Source of the DNA: an uncultured Dehalococcoidia bacterium
GTDB lineage: Bacteria > Chloroflexota > Dehalococcoidia > Lucifugimonadales > UBA3495
Assembly (NCBI GenBank): GCA_951812625.1
Contig: CATOSP010000002.1
Coordinates: 720,880-784,879, forward strand
DNA length: 64,000 bases
Direction of reading: 5' to 3'
The notes under the pieces were generated by a model. It did no database searches, had not been told where the DNA came from, and worked only from the letters and a program-made list of their open reading frames with translations. Of the stretch, positions 33,787-41,771 are shown in pieces (position 1 is the stretch's first letter; every line of letters starts with the position of its first letter). Both the position numbers and the translations under genes were made by a program.

Positions 33787-34389
33787 ATGGGTCCTGTAGA
33801 ACTATTCACAACTACTGTAGCTATCACCTTTGACCCGATACAGCCACGGCCCTTGGCCCAAGAGTCGCTTCAAGAGTTTATGAGAACTCCGTTAACTGTG
33901 TCCCAAGGACTAGATGGGTCTACGGTAGTTACCAGTAATCGGGACCAAGTGGCGGTTTCACTATGGAACAACAAGATAGACGTTAGGGTGATCGGTGATT
34001 CTGTTGACGCGGCAGCGACCAAGGTGCCACAAGTTCTGCTGTCCTTCTTGAAAATCCTCCCCGAACTGAAGATAAGGTCATATGGGATCAACTTCTTGTT
34101 CGAGTCTTCGTCTGATGCAGGACCTGTTTGGCTCGGGGAGACATTCCTAAACCAAGCCCTCAGGGAACTAGGACCGGGCCTCTCCACCGACAACGTGAAG
34201 TTCTCGTTTGAGAACCATCCCAAGCTACAAACCGTCGTGTTGCAAATCGGCGGCGGGGCGAAGCTCATCGTGAACACCAACGCTAGTCAGCAGGCTACTG
34301 ATCTACCTAATGGAGAATCTCTTGGTAGCGATATTTCCTCTCAGCATGAATTCATGATGACATTGCTGAAGGGATGGGGATTTGCGTAG
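33787..34389 (+). CDS. hypothetical protein (200 aa), low-G+C island
   Basis: Clean ORF with balanced composition in an AT-richer region. It is coupled to the next gene (stop 34387-34389, next ATG 34391). No family recognised. Confidence 0.65.
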   Translation: MGPVELFTTTVAITFDPIQPRPLAQESLQEFMRTPLTVSQGLDGSTVVTSNRDQVAVSLWNNKIDVRVIGDSVDAAATKVPQVLLSFLKILPELKIRSYGINFLFESSSDAGPVWLGETFLNQALRELGPGLSTDNVKFSFENHPKLQTVVLQIGGGAKLIVNTNASQQATDLPNGESLGSDISSQHEFMMTLLKGWGFA

Positions 34390-34390
34390 G

Positions 34391-35536
34391 ATGTTTTTTT
34401 TCTTCGCCAATTCTGAGACCGACGATTCCTCTACCCCGTTCAGGGTGGGATCAGGCCATGAACCGTCCCGTGGCAGAGATGACATGGTTCTCCTAGTAGA
34501 GCGTGGTCATCATATCAGCAGTATGGTCGCGCCCCCTAATCCCGAACAGGGTATTGGTAACGTTGCAGTGGTAGCTGGAAGTTTCCCGTTGACACATCCT
34601 ATCAAGGTTGGGGATCTCCAATTAATGGGCGTTGAACCATCGGATATGTATGGGCACCAGCAGTGGACCAATCCTTGGTTTCGACCCAGTATAGATCGCA
34701 CCCCCGCCGCTAACTGGTCGATGTCTCGAATGCAGCTCGGTGTGATGGAGCCTGTCGTCGAGGTCGTGATGGGCGAGATTGGCGACCAGCCATACAGCTA
34801 CTTCAAGCCACATACTGGCCGAATGCTGGAATTGTCCACTTCGTCGTCCACTGGGGTTGCTTGGTCGCCTGAAGATGTCCAGGAGTTCCACTTAGACCTT
34901 GCGCTCGTAGCGCCGAGTGATGACACCGTTCGCTTCGATAACCGGATGTTCGATATGGTCGCCCCACCTCCCACTCCCACAATTGACTTATCTGAGGAAG
35001 TCCAGGAGTTCCACTTAGACCTTGCGCTCGTAGCGCCGAGTGATGACACCGTTCGCTTCGATAACCGGATGTTCGATATGGTCGCCCCACCTCCCACTCC
35101 CACAATTGACTTATCTGAGGAAGTCCAGGAGTTCCACTTAGACCTTGCGCTCGTAGCGCCGAGTGATGACACCGTTCGCTTCGATAACCGGATGTTCGAT
35201 ATGGTCGCCCCACCTCCCACTCCCACAATTGACTTATCTGAGGAAGTCCAGGAGTTTTCTCGAGGATTCAGAGGAGTAGCGCCAAGCGATGATACTGTTC
35301 GCATGGCAGGTCGGATTGTCGACGCAGCCCGCATTCAAGAGCTTGTGGCGGAGTTCTATGTAGACGATTCCGATGGCTCGTTCGGTATCATGTTGAGATT
35401 GCCGAACCGCTTGCTACTGTTGGCTGAACTGTCAATTGATGGGACTTTGTCTGGTGGGACCTACAACGATGTGGAGGGAACCCAGGTCGAGTTCTTGGCC
35501 AAGACTACTGTGGAACAGATAACCAGCTTATTCTAG
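34391..35536 (+). CDS. hypothetical protein with three perfect 41-aa tandem repeats (start uncertain: ATG 34391 or 34484)
   Basis: ATG lies 1 nt after the upstream stop and is followed by a T8 run (34394-34401). The repeat EVQEFHLDLALVAPSDDTVRFDNRMFDMVAPPPTPTIDLSE occurs three times, plus a degenerate fourth copy. Confidence 0.65.
   Translation: MFFFFANSETDDSSTPFRVGSGHEPSRGRDDMVLLVERGHHISSMVAPPNPEQGIGNVAVVAGSFPLTHPIKVGDLQLMGVEPSDMYGHQQWTNPWFRPSIDRTPAANWSMSRMQLGVMEPVVEVVMGEIGDQPYSYFKPHTGRMLELSTSSSTGVAWSPEDVQEFHLDLALVAPSDDTVRFDNRMFDMVAPPPTPTIDLSEEVQEFHLDLALVAPSDDTVRFDNRMFDMVAPPPTPTIDLSEEVQEFHLDLALVAPSDDTVRFDNRMFDMVAPPPTPTIDLSEEVQEFSRGFRGVAPSDDTVRMAGRIVDAARIQELVAEFYVDDSDGSFGIMLRLPNRLLLLAELSIDGTLSGGTYNDVEGTQVEFLAKTTVEQITSLF
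34874..35242 (+). repeat. three 123-bp tandem repeats, perfect from the second codon on
   Basis: Unit boundaries at 34874, 34997 and 35120 (exact 123-bp period). Copies 2 and 3 are identical, and copy 1 differs only in its first codon (gat vs gaa). A diverged partial copy follows to ~35300. Confidence 0.95.
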
Positions 35537-35550
35537 ATCGTCATTTGTAT

Positions 35551-36012
35551 ATGGCCCTATTGCTGAGCGACATATTGTGTCGATTCATCCGTCCTAAGGA
35601 TTGGAGCAAGGCACACAAACGACCCACTCCTCAGGCATTTAAGCAAATAGGTCTGTCCGTATGGCACAAGGGTCTATTGGACAAGCGATCAGTTCCGTTA
35701 GAAGACTTGCTTATTGGCAGCCTAGAAGGAGCGGGCCAAGCTCACCATACAGTTCAGGATTACTACAAATGCGCCGAAGAAGTGACGGAGAAGTGTAAGG
35801 ATCAACCACCTTACCCGTCTCTCTCAGTGGACATACGATGGAGTCCTGACCATGTTGAAGAGCCATGGCAACAATGGAAGGACGCTCATTTCGAGGTGGA
35901 CGTGTCGGGAGGTCCTCAGACGGATGCGTCAGAATGCTTGAAGATGTTCCGCAACCTGCTCGTGGTGAAGGCCAGAACCAAGATTCCTCCCGACCAATAT
36001 AGAGACCTGTAG
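35551..36012 (+). CDS. hypothetical protein (153 aa), low-G+C island
   Basis: ATG 35551 (TTG 35545 is an alternative) lies 12 nt after the upstream stop. Soluble, mixed-charge sequence. No family recognised. Confidence 0.6.
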   Translation: MALLLSDILCRFIRPKDWSKAHKRPTPQAFKQIGLSVWHKGLLDKRSVPLEDLLIGSLEGAGQAHHTVQDYYKCAEEVTEKCKDQPPYPSLSVDIRWSPDHVEEPWQQWKDAHFEVDVSGGPQTDASECLKMFRNLLVVKARTKIPPDQYRDL

Positions 36013-36362
36013 CTCTACCTCCGCCCTATCTTTTACGGCTAGGATTCCGAAAAAGCCACTCAGACTCAAGGGATGTGGATTCTGAGTTAGTTCCCAATCT
36101 CAGATCAATTTCATACAGGTAGTGGTTGCCCGGCTGATCACAATTAGGTATGGGAAACGCTACAGTGGCGTGGCGGTAGGTCGATGGTAGGGAGCATCTG
36201 TAGAGGTGTGGGTGGCTATCCACTTAAACAGTCCCAGCAATGATTATTCGTGCTATTCGCGGTCGCCGTGGACCACCAACCCGTCGCCGTCCCAGTACGC
36301 CATACTGTCCACAATCTCCATAGTCCGCACACTGACGGTGCAAACCCGTTGCAGCAGGTTAA

Positions 36363-37691
36363 TCACCCTTTCCTTGTGGTCCGCAAAGCGGTAGGTGTTG
36401 AACCTCTCGGCAATCGTTGGATCCCTGGGCTTCTTTTCCTTGTACTGGTCCAGCACCATTCCAGCGCCGACCGGTTCCCCAGTTGGTAACGCCAGGCGTC
36501 GGGCGGAACGCCAGTTAGAGTGGTCTTGTCGTCCAGGACGATGGCTCCCCGTTCTTTGTCAGCCCGCAGGATGGTGCGGGCTGAGTCTTCGCTTCGGTCG
36601 GTGCGCTGAAGAGGGTAGGGGTCGGCTGACTCAAACCCGATGTGCAAGTCCAGAAGCTCTTGGCCCATCCGTGCCCAGGCGTTGAAATCGCGGTACAAGG
36701 GCAGGCGCGGGAACTCTCTCAACAGGTCAACGACGTAGTCCCGGCGGTAAACTGGGTCGTGGAGGACGGCGTAGGTGTAGGCGAAAATGTCGCCTGAGCC
36801 TATTCCTTCCGTAAACATGCCTTCGAACTCAGCACCCAACTCCCGGCGGTAGTGTTCGTTGATCTGCTTCATCCCCCACTCGGTGATGTTGGTGACACGT
36901 TCACCTTCCTCGGTGTAGCAGTACAGCGGTAGGCATTGAGTGTCGCCAGTGAAGTGGTAGTCAACCAGCCTATCCGAGGCTAGCACGTAGGAGTCCTTCC
37001 CGTTGACGCAGACATTGATGACCTTGTTAAGCTGTTTCAGGTCTGGACCGAAGATTTCGTAGTGGTTCCGAGTGAGGACATCGTTCATTGTAAAGTCGGC
37101 GAAATGGTGCTTCACAACAAACGGACGGAATAGTGATTGAATGCGATGTGCCTCGCTATAGGTTATGCGGCGACCACGTTGGAACTCATTACGCAAGTCA
37201 CGGCTCCACTTGATCACTGGATTATACGTCGTGTCGCCTTTGTCTAGAGCCTCGTTGTATGAGTCTGCGAAGAACAACGCTTTGTCCCTAAGAGTGTTCA
37301 CGCTGAAGTCATACACCCAATCATCGCGGTTCGATTTTGCCGCGTTTGCGAACATCCTAAACGCAGTCCCTTGTCCGCCTCCATCACCGGCAGACTTAAC
37401 CCGCCGGTTTATGAGACTCATTAACTGTCTGAAACGGAATCTCTGAGCGGACCGATTTAGCCACTCTCCAGATTCATCGGGGGCAATCCGGTCAAAGTCA
37501 ATGTCCTCTAGGATCGCCCTCCTCAGATAGGTCAGAGTTTCTGTGGCGCGTTCCGAGTCATCTCGGCTGGAATAATGAACGCGGCACTCACCTTGCTTAG
37601 ACTTATCCCTTACAAAGAAACCGATGGCGACGCCTGTCTGTATGCCGAATACATTGTGCGTGGTCCCAGAAATCTTGGGGTTGCGCCGCAC
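36363..37691 (-). CDS. type IIG R-M enzyme, C-terminal fragment (target-recognition region)
   Basis: The frame is open upstream of the listed Met back to the junction with fragment 1. GTTHNVFGIQTGVAIGFFV and the downstream region are colinear with MTase-TRD fusions of this class. It ends in out-of-frame residues after LGNRSALEW. Confidence 0.8.
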   Translation of the reverse strand: MRRNPKISGTTHNVFGIQTGVAIGFFVRDKSKQGECRVHYSSRDDSERATETLTYLRRAILEDIDFDRIAPDESGEWLNRSAQRFRFRQLMSLINRRVKSAGDGGGQGTAFRMFANAAKSNRDDWVYDFSVNTLRDKALFFADSYNEALDKGDTTYNPVIKWSRDLRNEFQRGRRITYSEAHRIQSLFRPFVVKHHFADFTMNDVLTRNHYEIFGPDLKQLNKVINVCVNGKDSYVLASDRLVDYHFTGDTQCLPLYCYTEEGERVTNITEWGMKQINEHYRRELGAEFEGMFTEGIGSGDIFAYTYAVLHDPVYRRDYVVDLLREFPRLPLYRDFNAWARMGQELLDLHIGFESADPYPLQRTDRSEDSARTILRADKERGAIVLDDKTTLTGVPPDAWRYQLGNRSALEWCWTSTRKRSPGIQRLPRGSTPTALRTTRKG

Positions 37692-37746
37692 GTCCGAACC
37701 TAGGTCGAGAATGAATATGTCCGAGAACTCCGTGGCGGCGACTTTT

Positions 37747-39351
37747 CTAAACCCATCGTCCTGTCGAGCTTCTTAGGTAGGCGCGGTTGGTAACGAAAGC
37801 GATTATCCCGTCGTCATCCAACCTGTCCGATGCCCAACGCAGGAAGCGCTTGTACATATCGTACTGGTGGGTCTTTTGGGCGTTGCTTCGGGAGATGTAT
37901 GTCTCGCGGATTCGCCTATCAATCTCCGGGTACGGACGGTTAGGGTTAAATTCGTTCCAGTTGGTCTGGCTGTCGTTGTAAGGTGGGTTGCCGATGATGA
38001 CGCTGATGGGCTTCTCGTTCTGCTCCTGGACACGGACCCAATTCTCTACGGACACTGCGCCCAGGTCCAGCGTTCCTTGCCGCTGCACCGCGCCGCCGGT
38101 GGCACCGGCCTGCTGCCAGCCCATGTTGTCCAGCGTGTCCACGAAGCACAGATTGGGGAACTCTAGGTAGCGGCCGGTCCGCTCCTTGTACGTGTACTCG
38201 ATGTTCAGGTTGGCGATGTAGTAAGGGAGGATCGCTACCTCGTTGGCGTGAATCTCATGGCGGTACTTGCGCTCCAGCCTATCCTCCGGAAGGTACTCGA
38301 TGAGGCTGGTTACGAATGTGCCCGTACCGGTGGCTGGGTCGAGAATCTGTACATGGTCGTCGGCCAAGGTGCGTCCGAAGTGCTTCCGCAGCAGATAGTC
38401 GACACCTCGGATGATGAAGTCCACCACCTCGTTGGGAGTGTAGACGACCCCGAGGCGGTCTGCGGCGGCTGGGTTGTACGCCTTATAGAAGTCCTCATAG
38501 ATCGCCTTCAGGAACTTCTGCTTTTCCGCAAAGTCAGATATGTCGTAGGCGGCTCGGCCAATTGCGCCGTAGTAGGTCAATAGCCGATCGATGGTTTCCC
38601 TGCGAGCGTCGCCGGTGAAGAAAGTCTCCTCCAGCTTGCTCAGTTGGCTGGCGATGTTGTTCTCCCTGTGGAACTGGTCCTCGCTAAACACCCGCAGGAA
38701 GATATCCTCAGTGAGGATATGCTGGAGCAGCATCTCCCGCACGTCCTCGGGGGTTACAGCGGGGCCGATACTCTGTCGGCACAGGTCGAGGAAGTCAGCG
38801 GTAGCAACCTGATAGTCCGGGTTCCGAGCCTCGGCAGTCTCCACAGTCTGACGCAGGTTCTGGAGCACTGCGGGCAGGTCTGCCTTGAACTGTTCCTGCG
38901 CTGCACGGAACTCTTCGATGTTGGGAAGTTCATAGTCCAGGAAGTGGCGGATGAGCCTGTCAAGCTCGCTAGGGCGGGTCATGTCCACCCGCATCGCCAC
39001 TTCCCGGTTCTGGACCAAGACGGCAATGCGGGAGTCCTCGAATAGAATGTTGTCCTGCGGATAACCCCTAGCGAACTTTTTCTGAATCTCGTCGTCTAGG
39101 TCGTCGTCGGTATCCTTGGCTTCCCAGTAACCCCGAGCCATACGTAGGGAGTCCTTGATCGTACCGTCGGGAACACCCCCGGGACCGGGGAGTTCCGGCA
39201 CCAGCACAAACCTCTCCCTGTGGCCTCGGCAATAGGCGTCCAGGCAAGTCTGGAAGGCCGACCTGATGTTCAACTCATTGCCTGAACCGCCGAACTCAAT
39301 GAGGCGGTTCAGGTCCTCGTAATACCGGTCAATGTGCGGGTATGTGGGCAT
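37747..39351 (-). CDS. type IIG R-M enzyme, N-terminal fragment (nuclease-like domain + N6-adenine methyltransferase)
   Basis: 534-codon ORF containing the PD-ExK-like motif, DPATGTGTF and NPPY. It terminates prematurely just after FVTNRAYLRSS because of a one-base frame change near 37765-37775. Confidence 0.85.
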   Translation of the reverse strand: MPTYPHIDRYYEDLNRLIEFGGSGNELNIRSAFQTCLDAYCRGHRERFVLVPELPGPGGVPDGTIKDSLRMARGYWEAKDTDDDLDDEIQKKFARGYPQDNILFEDSRIAVLVQNREVAMRVDMTRPSELDRLIRHFLDYELPNIEEFRAAQEQFKADLPAVLQNLRQTVETAEARNPDYQVATADFLDLCRQSIGPAVTPEDVREMLLQHILTEDIFLRVFSEDQFHRENNIASQLSKLEETFFTGDARRETIDRLLTYYGAIGRAAYDISDFAEKQKFLKAIYEDFYKAYNPAAADRLGVVYTPNEVVDFIIRGVDYLLRKHFGRTLADDHVQILDPATGTGTFVTSLIEYLPEDRLERKYRHEIHANEVAILPYYIANLNIEYTYKERTGRYLEFPNLCFVDTLDNMGWQQAGATGGAVQRQGTLDLGAVSVENWVRVQEQNEKPISVIIGNPPYNDSQTNWNEFNPNRPYPEIDRRIRETYISRSNAQKTHQYDMYKRFLRWASDRLDDDGIIAFVTNRAYLRSSTGRWV

Positions 39352-39561
39352 AACGTGTCGGACCTGTGTTGCTTTGCGCCATCATACCAAGGCAACCCGT
39401 CATCACGCCAATCCATCTACGAAGGGCGGTGTCTGTGGGAGACTGTCTGGTTGATTAGCAGCCGTGCTGTGGTGGGGTCGCATGGCAGTTGCGTCTACCC
39501 CGTTGCGATAGAGTGGTGTGCTCATTGGTCCTGGAGCTACCGTTTCGCCACCAGCGAGATC

Positions 39562-39589
39562 GTGACAGTCGCACAGTCTCTGTTAGAAT
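39562..39589 (+). promoter_or_regulatory. sigma70-like promoter candidate (GTGACA-N16-TAGAAT)
   Basis: Lies in the divergent 330-bp intergenic region between the R-M gene and gene 39682. -35-like GTGACA at 39562-39567, a 16-nt spacer, and TAGAAT at 39584-39589. Confidence 0.3.
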
Positions 39590-39681
39590 TTCGATGCTGA
39601 TCGTTCGAGTGATGTGAGCCAGGGCTAGGAGTGTCACAGGGTGAGCAATTAGCAACGTAGGCCAATGTAGGGGAGTGATAT

Positions 39682-41175
39682 ATGGAGCGGCGGCGATGGA
39701 TTGGGGTGGCTGCTGTGGTTGTCGGGATCGGCGTTATCGTGTTGGCTGCGTTCTTAGCATTGAGAGTCGGGACCGAGGAGGCGAGTCCAGAGGACTTGGC
39801 ACGGCAGTGGGTTGCCGGGAGCGTGGACGCCGTGGGTGAAGATATTGCCGGCTGGATGTCGGCCGAGAATACCATCCTCAGGGAACTGGGCGGGGAGTAC
39901 GTCGAGGATCGAATCCACGATGTTATCAGGTGGGAGTATTCAACCGCCGAGCGCCGTTCGGACGGGCTGTACGACCTGACCGCGACAGCACGGGTGCGCT
40001 TCGATATTCCTGGGGGGATTGGGGAGGTCGACGTGGCAGTTCCGTGGGAGATGGTGATAGACGTGGGCACGGAGTCGGTTTCGGCACGTCCCCGGTGGAC
40101 CGGAGCGTCCCTGGGGCTCCCAGGTATCCCTGACGGCTTAGACCAAGTTAGACAGTTGGCTACGGGCGTACCAGCCATCGAAGACAGAACGCGAGGAGAG
40201 CTTCTGAAGAAGGACAGCGGTCAGACGGAGGCAACTTTGAGTCCAAGTGGCCTGTTGGGCTCCGATCCTACGCCCGCTGCCGACCAGATTGAGAAGGTCG
40301 TCGGGGTTGACGCCCCCAGCACAGCAACCCCCACTCTAGAGGGGAAACTGACTTCTGATCCTGTTTCCTGGCCCGAGGGGTCGTCATATGCGGGGTGTTT
40401 GGATGATGTTTACCTGAGAGCTGGGGACGACTACGGTATTGAGCATTGGCTACCTGCGGCGGTCTGGTACTGCCGGGGTCTTGCCCCTGTGCCAGAGGGT
40501 GGGGTTTCAAGCAGGCGGTGTGTCTTGGACCAGATGGCTGATGTTGAGAAGCGATACTCCGCCTCGGGGGAGCGGTGGGGATGGTGGTATGCGATAGCCT
40601 TCTGCAAGCCGTTGCCGTCGGCGGATGAGTTACAGGTCGTTGTTAGGTCCGGGGTCCAGGTCACAGTGTACGGAGCCTGTCTGGACAATGCATATCTCGC
40701 CAACAAAGAGCTTGTTGATAATGGAGAGGTTCTGATTGGCGTGAGTGCATGGCTGTGCCGGGACTATTTGCCCGAGCCTCCCGGAATCCACCTGCGGCGG
40801 TGTGACCTGGAGCGGGCTGGAGAAACTAAACAATTGTATCCTGAGTGGCCTGAAAGGTTGCATGACTGGCACGCCATAATGCAGTGCCTTCCCGAATGGC
40901 GTCCGAATGAAGTCCCGGGGGAGAGCCCGTACACGACCTGCTTGAGTGACGTGTACGCGCAGGTTGGAGACAGTTACGACCGTAAGGACCGGGCTATCCC
41001 GGCCGCAGTGTGGCGGTGTCAGGACCATATGCCGGAGCCCCCCGCTTTCTATAACCCTCGTTGCGAGATCAACCACCGGAGGCGGGACGAAGATTCCCAG
41101 CTAGGATGGCCGGGTGAGTTGTATGCTTGGAATGCTATTGTTCAGTGCTACCCGGCATACGGCGGTTCCCGGTAA
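39682..41175 (+). CDS. membrane-anchored/secreted protein with three ~95-aa four-cysteine repeats
   Basis: GGGGAG RBS, and an N-terminal TM/signal anchor (IGVAAVVVGIGVIVLAAFLAL). Three paralogous modules are each of the form C-L-(D/S)-(D/N)-(V/A)-Y ... W-(Y/L/R)-C ... R-C ... (F/Q)-C (YAGCLDDVYLRAGDDYG..., YGACLDNAYLANKELV..., YTTCLSDVYAQVGDSYD...). Confidence 0.7.
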   Translation: MERRRWIGVAAVVVGIGVIVLAAFLALRVGTEEASPEDLARQWVAGSVDAVGEDIAGWMSAENTILRELGGEYVEDRIHDVIRWEYSTAERRSDGLYDLTATARVRFDIPGGIGEVDVAVPWEMVIDVGTESVSARPRWTGASLGLPGIPDGLDQVRQLATGVPAIEDRTRGELLKKDSGQTEATLSPSGLLGSDPTPAADQIEKVVGVDAPSTATPTLEGKLTSDPVSWPEGSSYAGCLDDVYLRAGDDYGIEHWLPAAVWYCRGLAPVPEGGVSSRRCVLDQMADVEKRYSASGERWGWWYAIAFCKPLPSADELQVVVRSGVQVTVYGACLDNAYLANKELVDNGEVLIGVSAWLCRDYLPEPPGIHLRRCDLERAGETKQLYPEWPERLHDWHAIMQCLPEWRPNEVPGESPYTTCLSDVYAQVGDSYDRKDRAIPAAVWRCQDHMPEPPAFYNPRCEINHRRRDEDSQLGWPGELYAWNAIVQCYPAYGGSR

Positions 41176-41203
41176 GTTCTGGCTTTGGGGGAGTCGGAAG
41201 GGT

Positions 41204-41227
41204 GGAGACAAACATCTGTTTGTCTCC
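41204..41227 (+). terminator. perfect 10-bp stem / 4-nt loop hairpin downstream of gene 39682..41175
   Basis: ggagacaaac-atct-gtttgtctcc. No U-tract follows, so its assignment as an intrinsic terminator is weak. Confidence 0.35.
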
Positions 41228-41237
41228 AGTCTCAAAA

Positions 41238-41274
41238 GTGGAACCGTGTCATCAGGTCCACACGGTTCCACTTT
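41238..41274 (+). terminator. intrinsic-terminator-like hairpin (11-bp perfect stem) followed by TTT
   Basis: gtggaaccgtg-(12-nt loop)-cacggttccac followed by tttgattg. It lies 63 nt after the stop at 41175. Confidence 0.5.
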
Positions 41275-41771
41275 GATTGCCACTTTCCAACTGGTACATA
41301 ACCCCATGCCGGCGCGTCCGGGCTGGTGCGGCTAGTGGGTTCAATAGGTATATTCCCACTGTCCGCAAAATTGGCCAACACTCCCACTATGTACCATTCG
41401 ACAGCACCAGACGGTACCTGCAGGTGGCCGGGAAAGGTACATTGCTCTCATATTCGCTGTAATACGCATATCTTTTCGATGCAAATACCGTCGATGTGTG
41501 ATCAAACTTACCCAGCGGCAACCAGAACGGTGACATTATACCGCTTGGAGGAAGTATGTACCCCCGGAAATACCTGTTTCCAGGGCGCAGCCTGCGCGGG
41601 GATGATGAAGTGGGGGGGTATATCAGACTCAAGGGGGACAGGGACAGGTCAAAGGCGCGTGGCCAGACGGTTACCGGGAGCCCGAGGGCGCTCGTCAGCG
41701 AGCGCCCTCGGAGAATGAAGAAGGAGGTATCGAAGAACCTGGCGCACCACGCGCAGGAAGGGAGGTAGCAC

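Larger units (their letters stand above)
36253..39351 (-). pseudogene. type IIG (MmeI-like) restriction-modification enzyme: PD-ExK nuclease + N6-adenine MTase + target-recognition domain; two frame disruptions
   Basis: Three colinear minus-strand ORFs (37747..39351, 36363..37691, 36253..36459) reconstruct one ~1030-aa protein. N-terminal nuclease-like motif VPDGTIKD-x9-YWEAKD (~39112-39180), MTase motif I ILDPATGTGTF (~38315-38347), and motif IV NPPY (37978-37989). Junction sequences read straight through in the shifted frames: ...NRAYLR / ARQDDGFRKVAATEFSDIFILDLGSDVRRNPK and ...LGNRSALEW / VLDQYKEKKPRDPTI. Confidence 0.85.
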
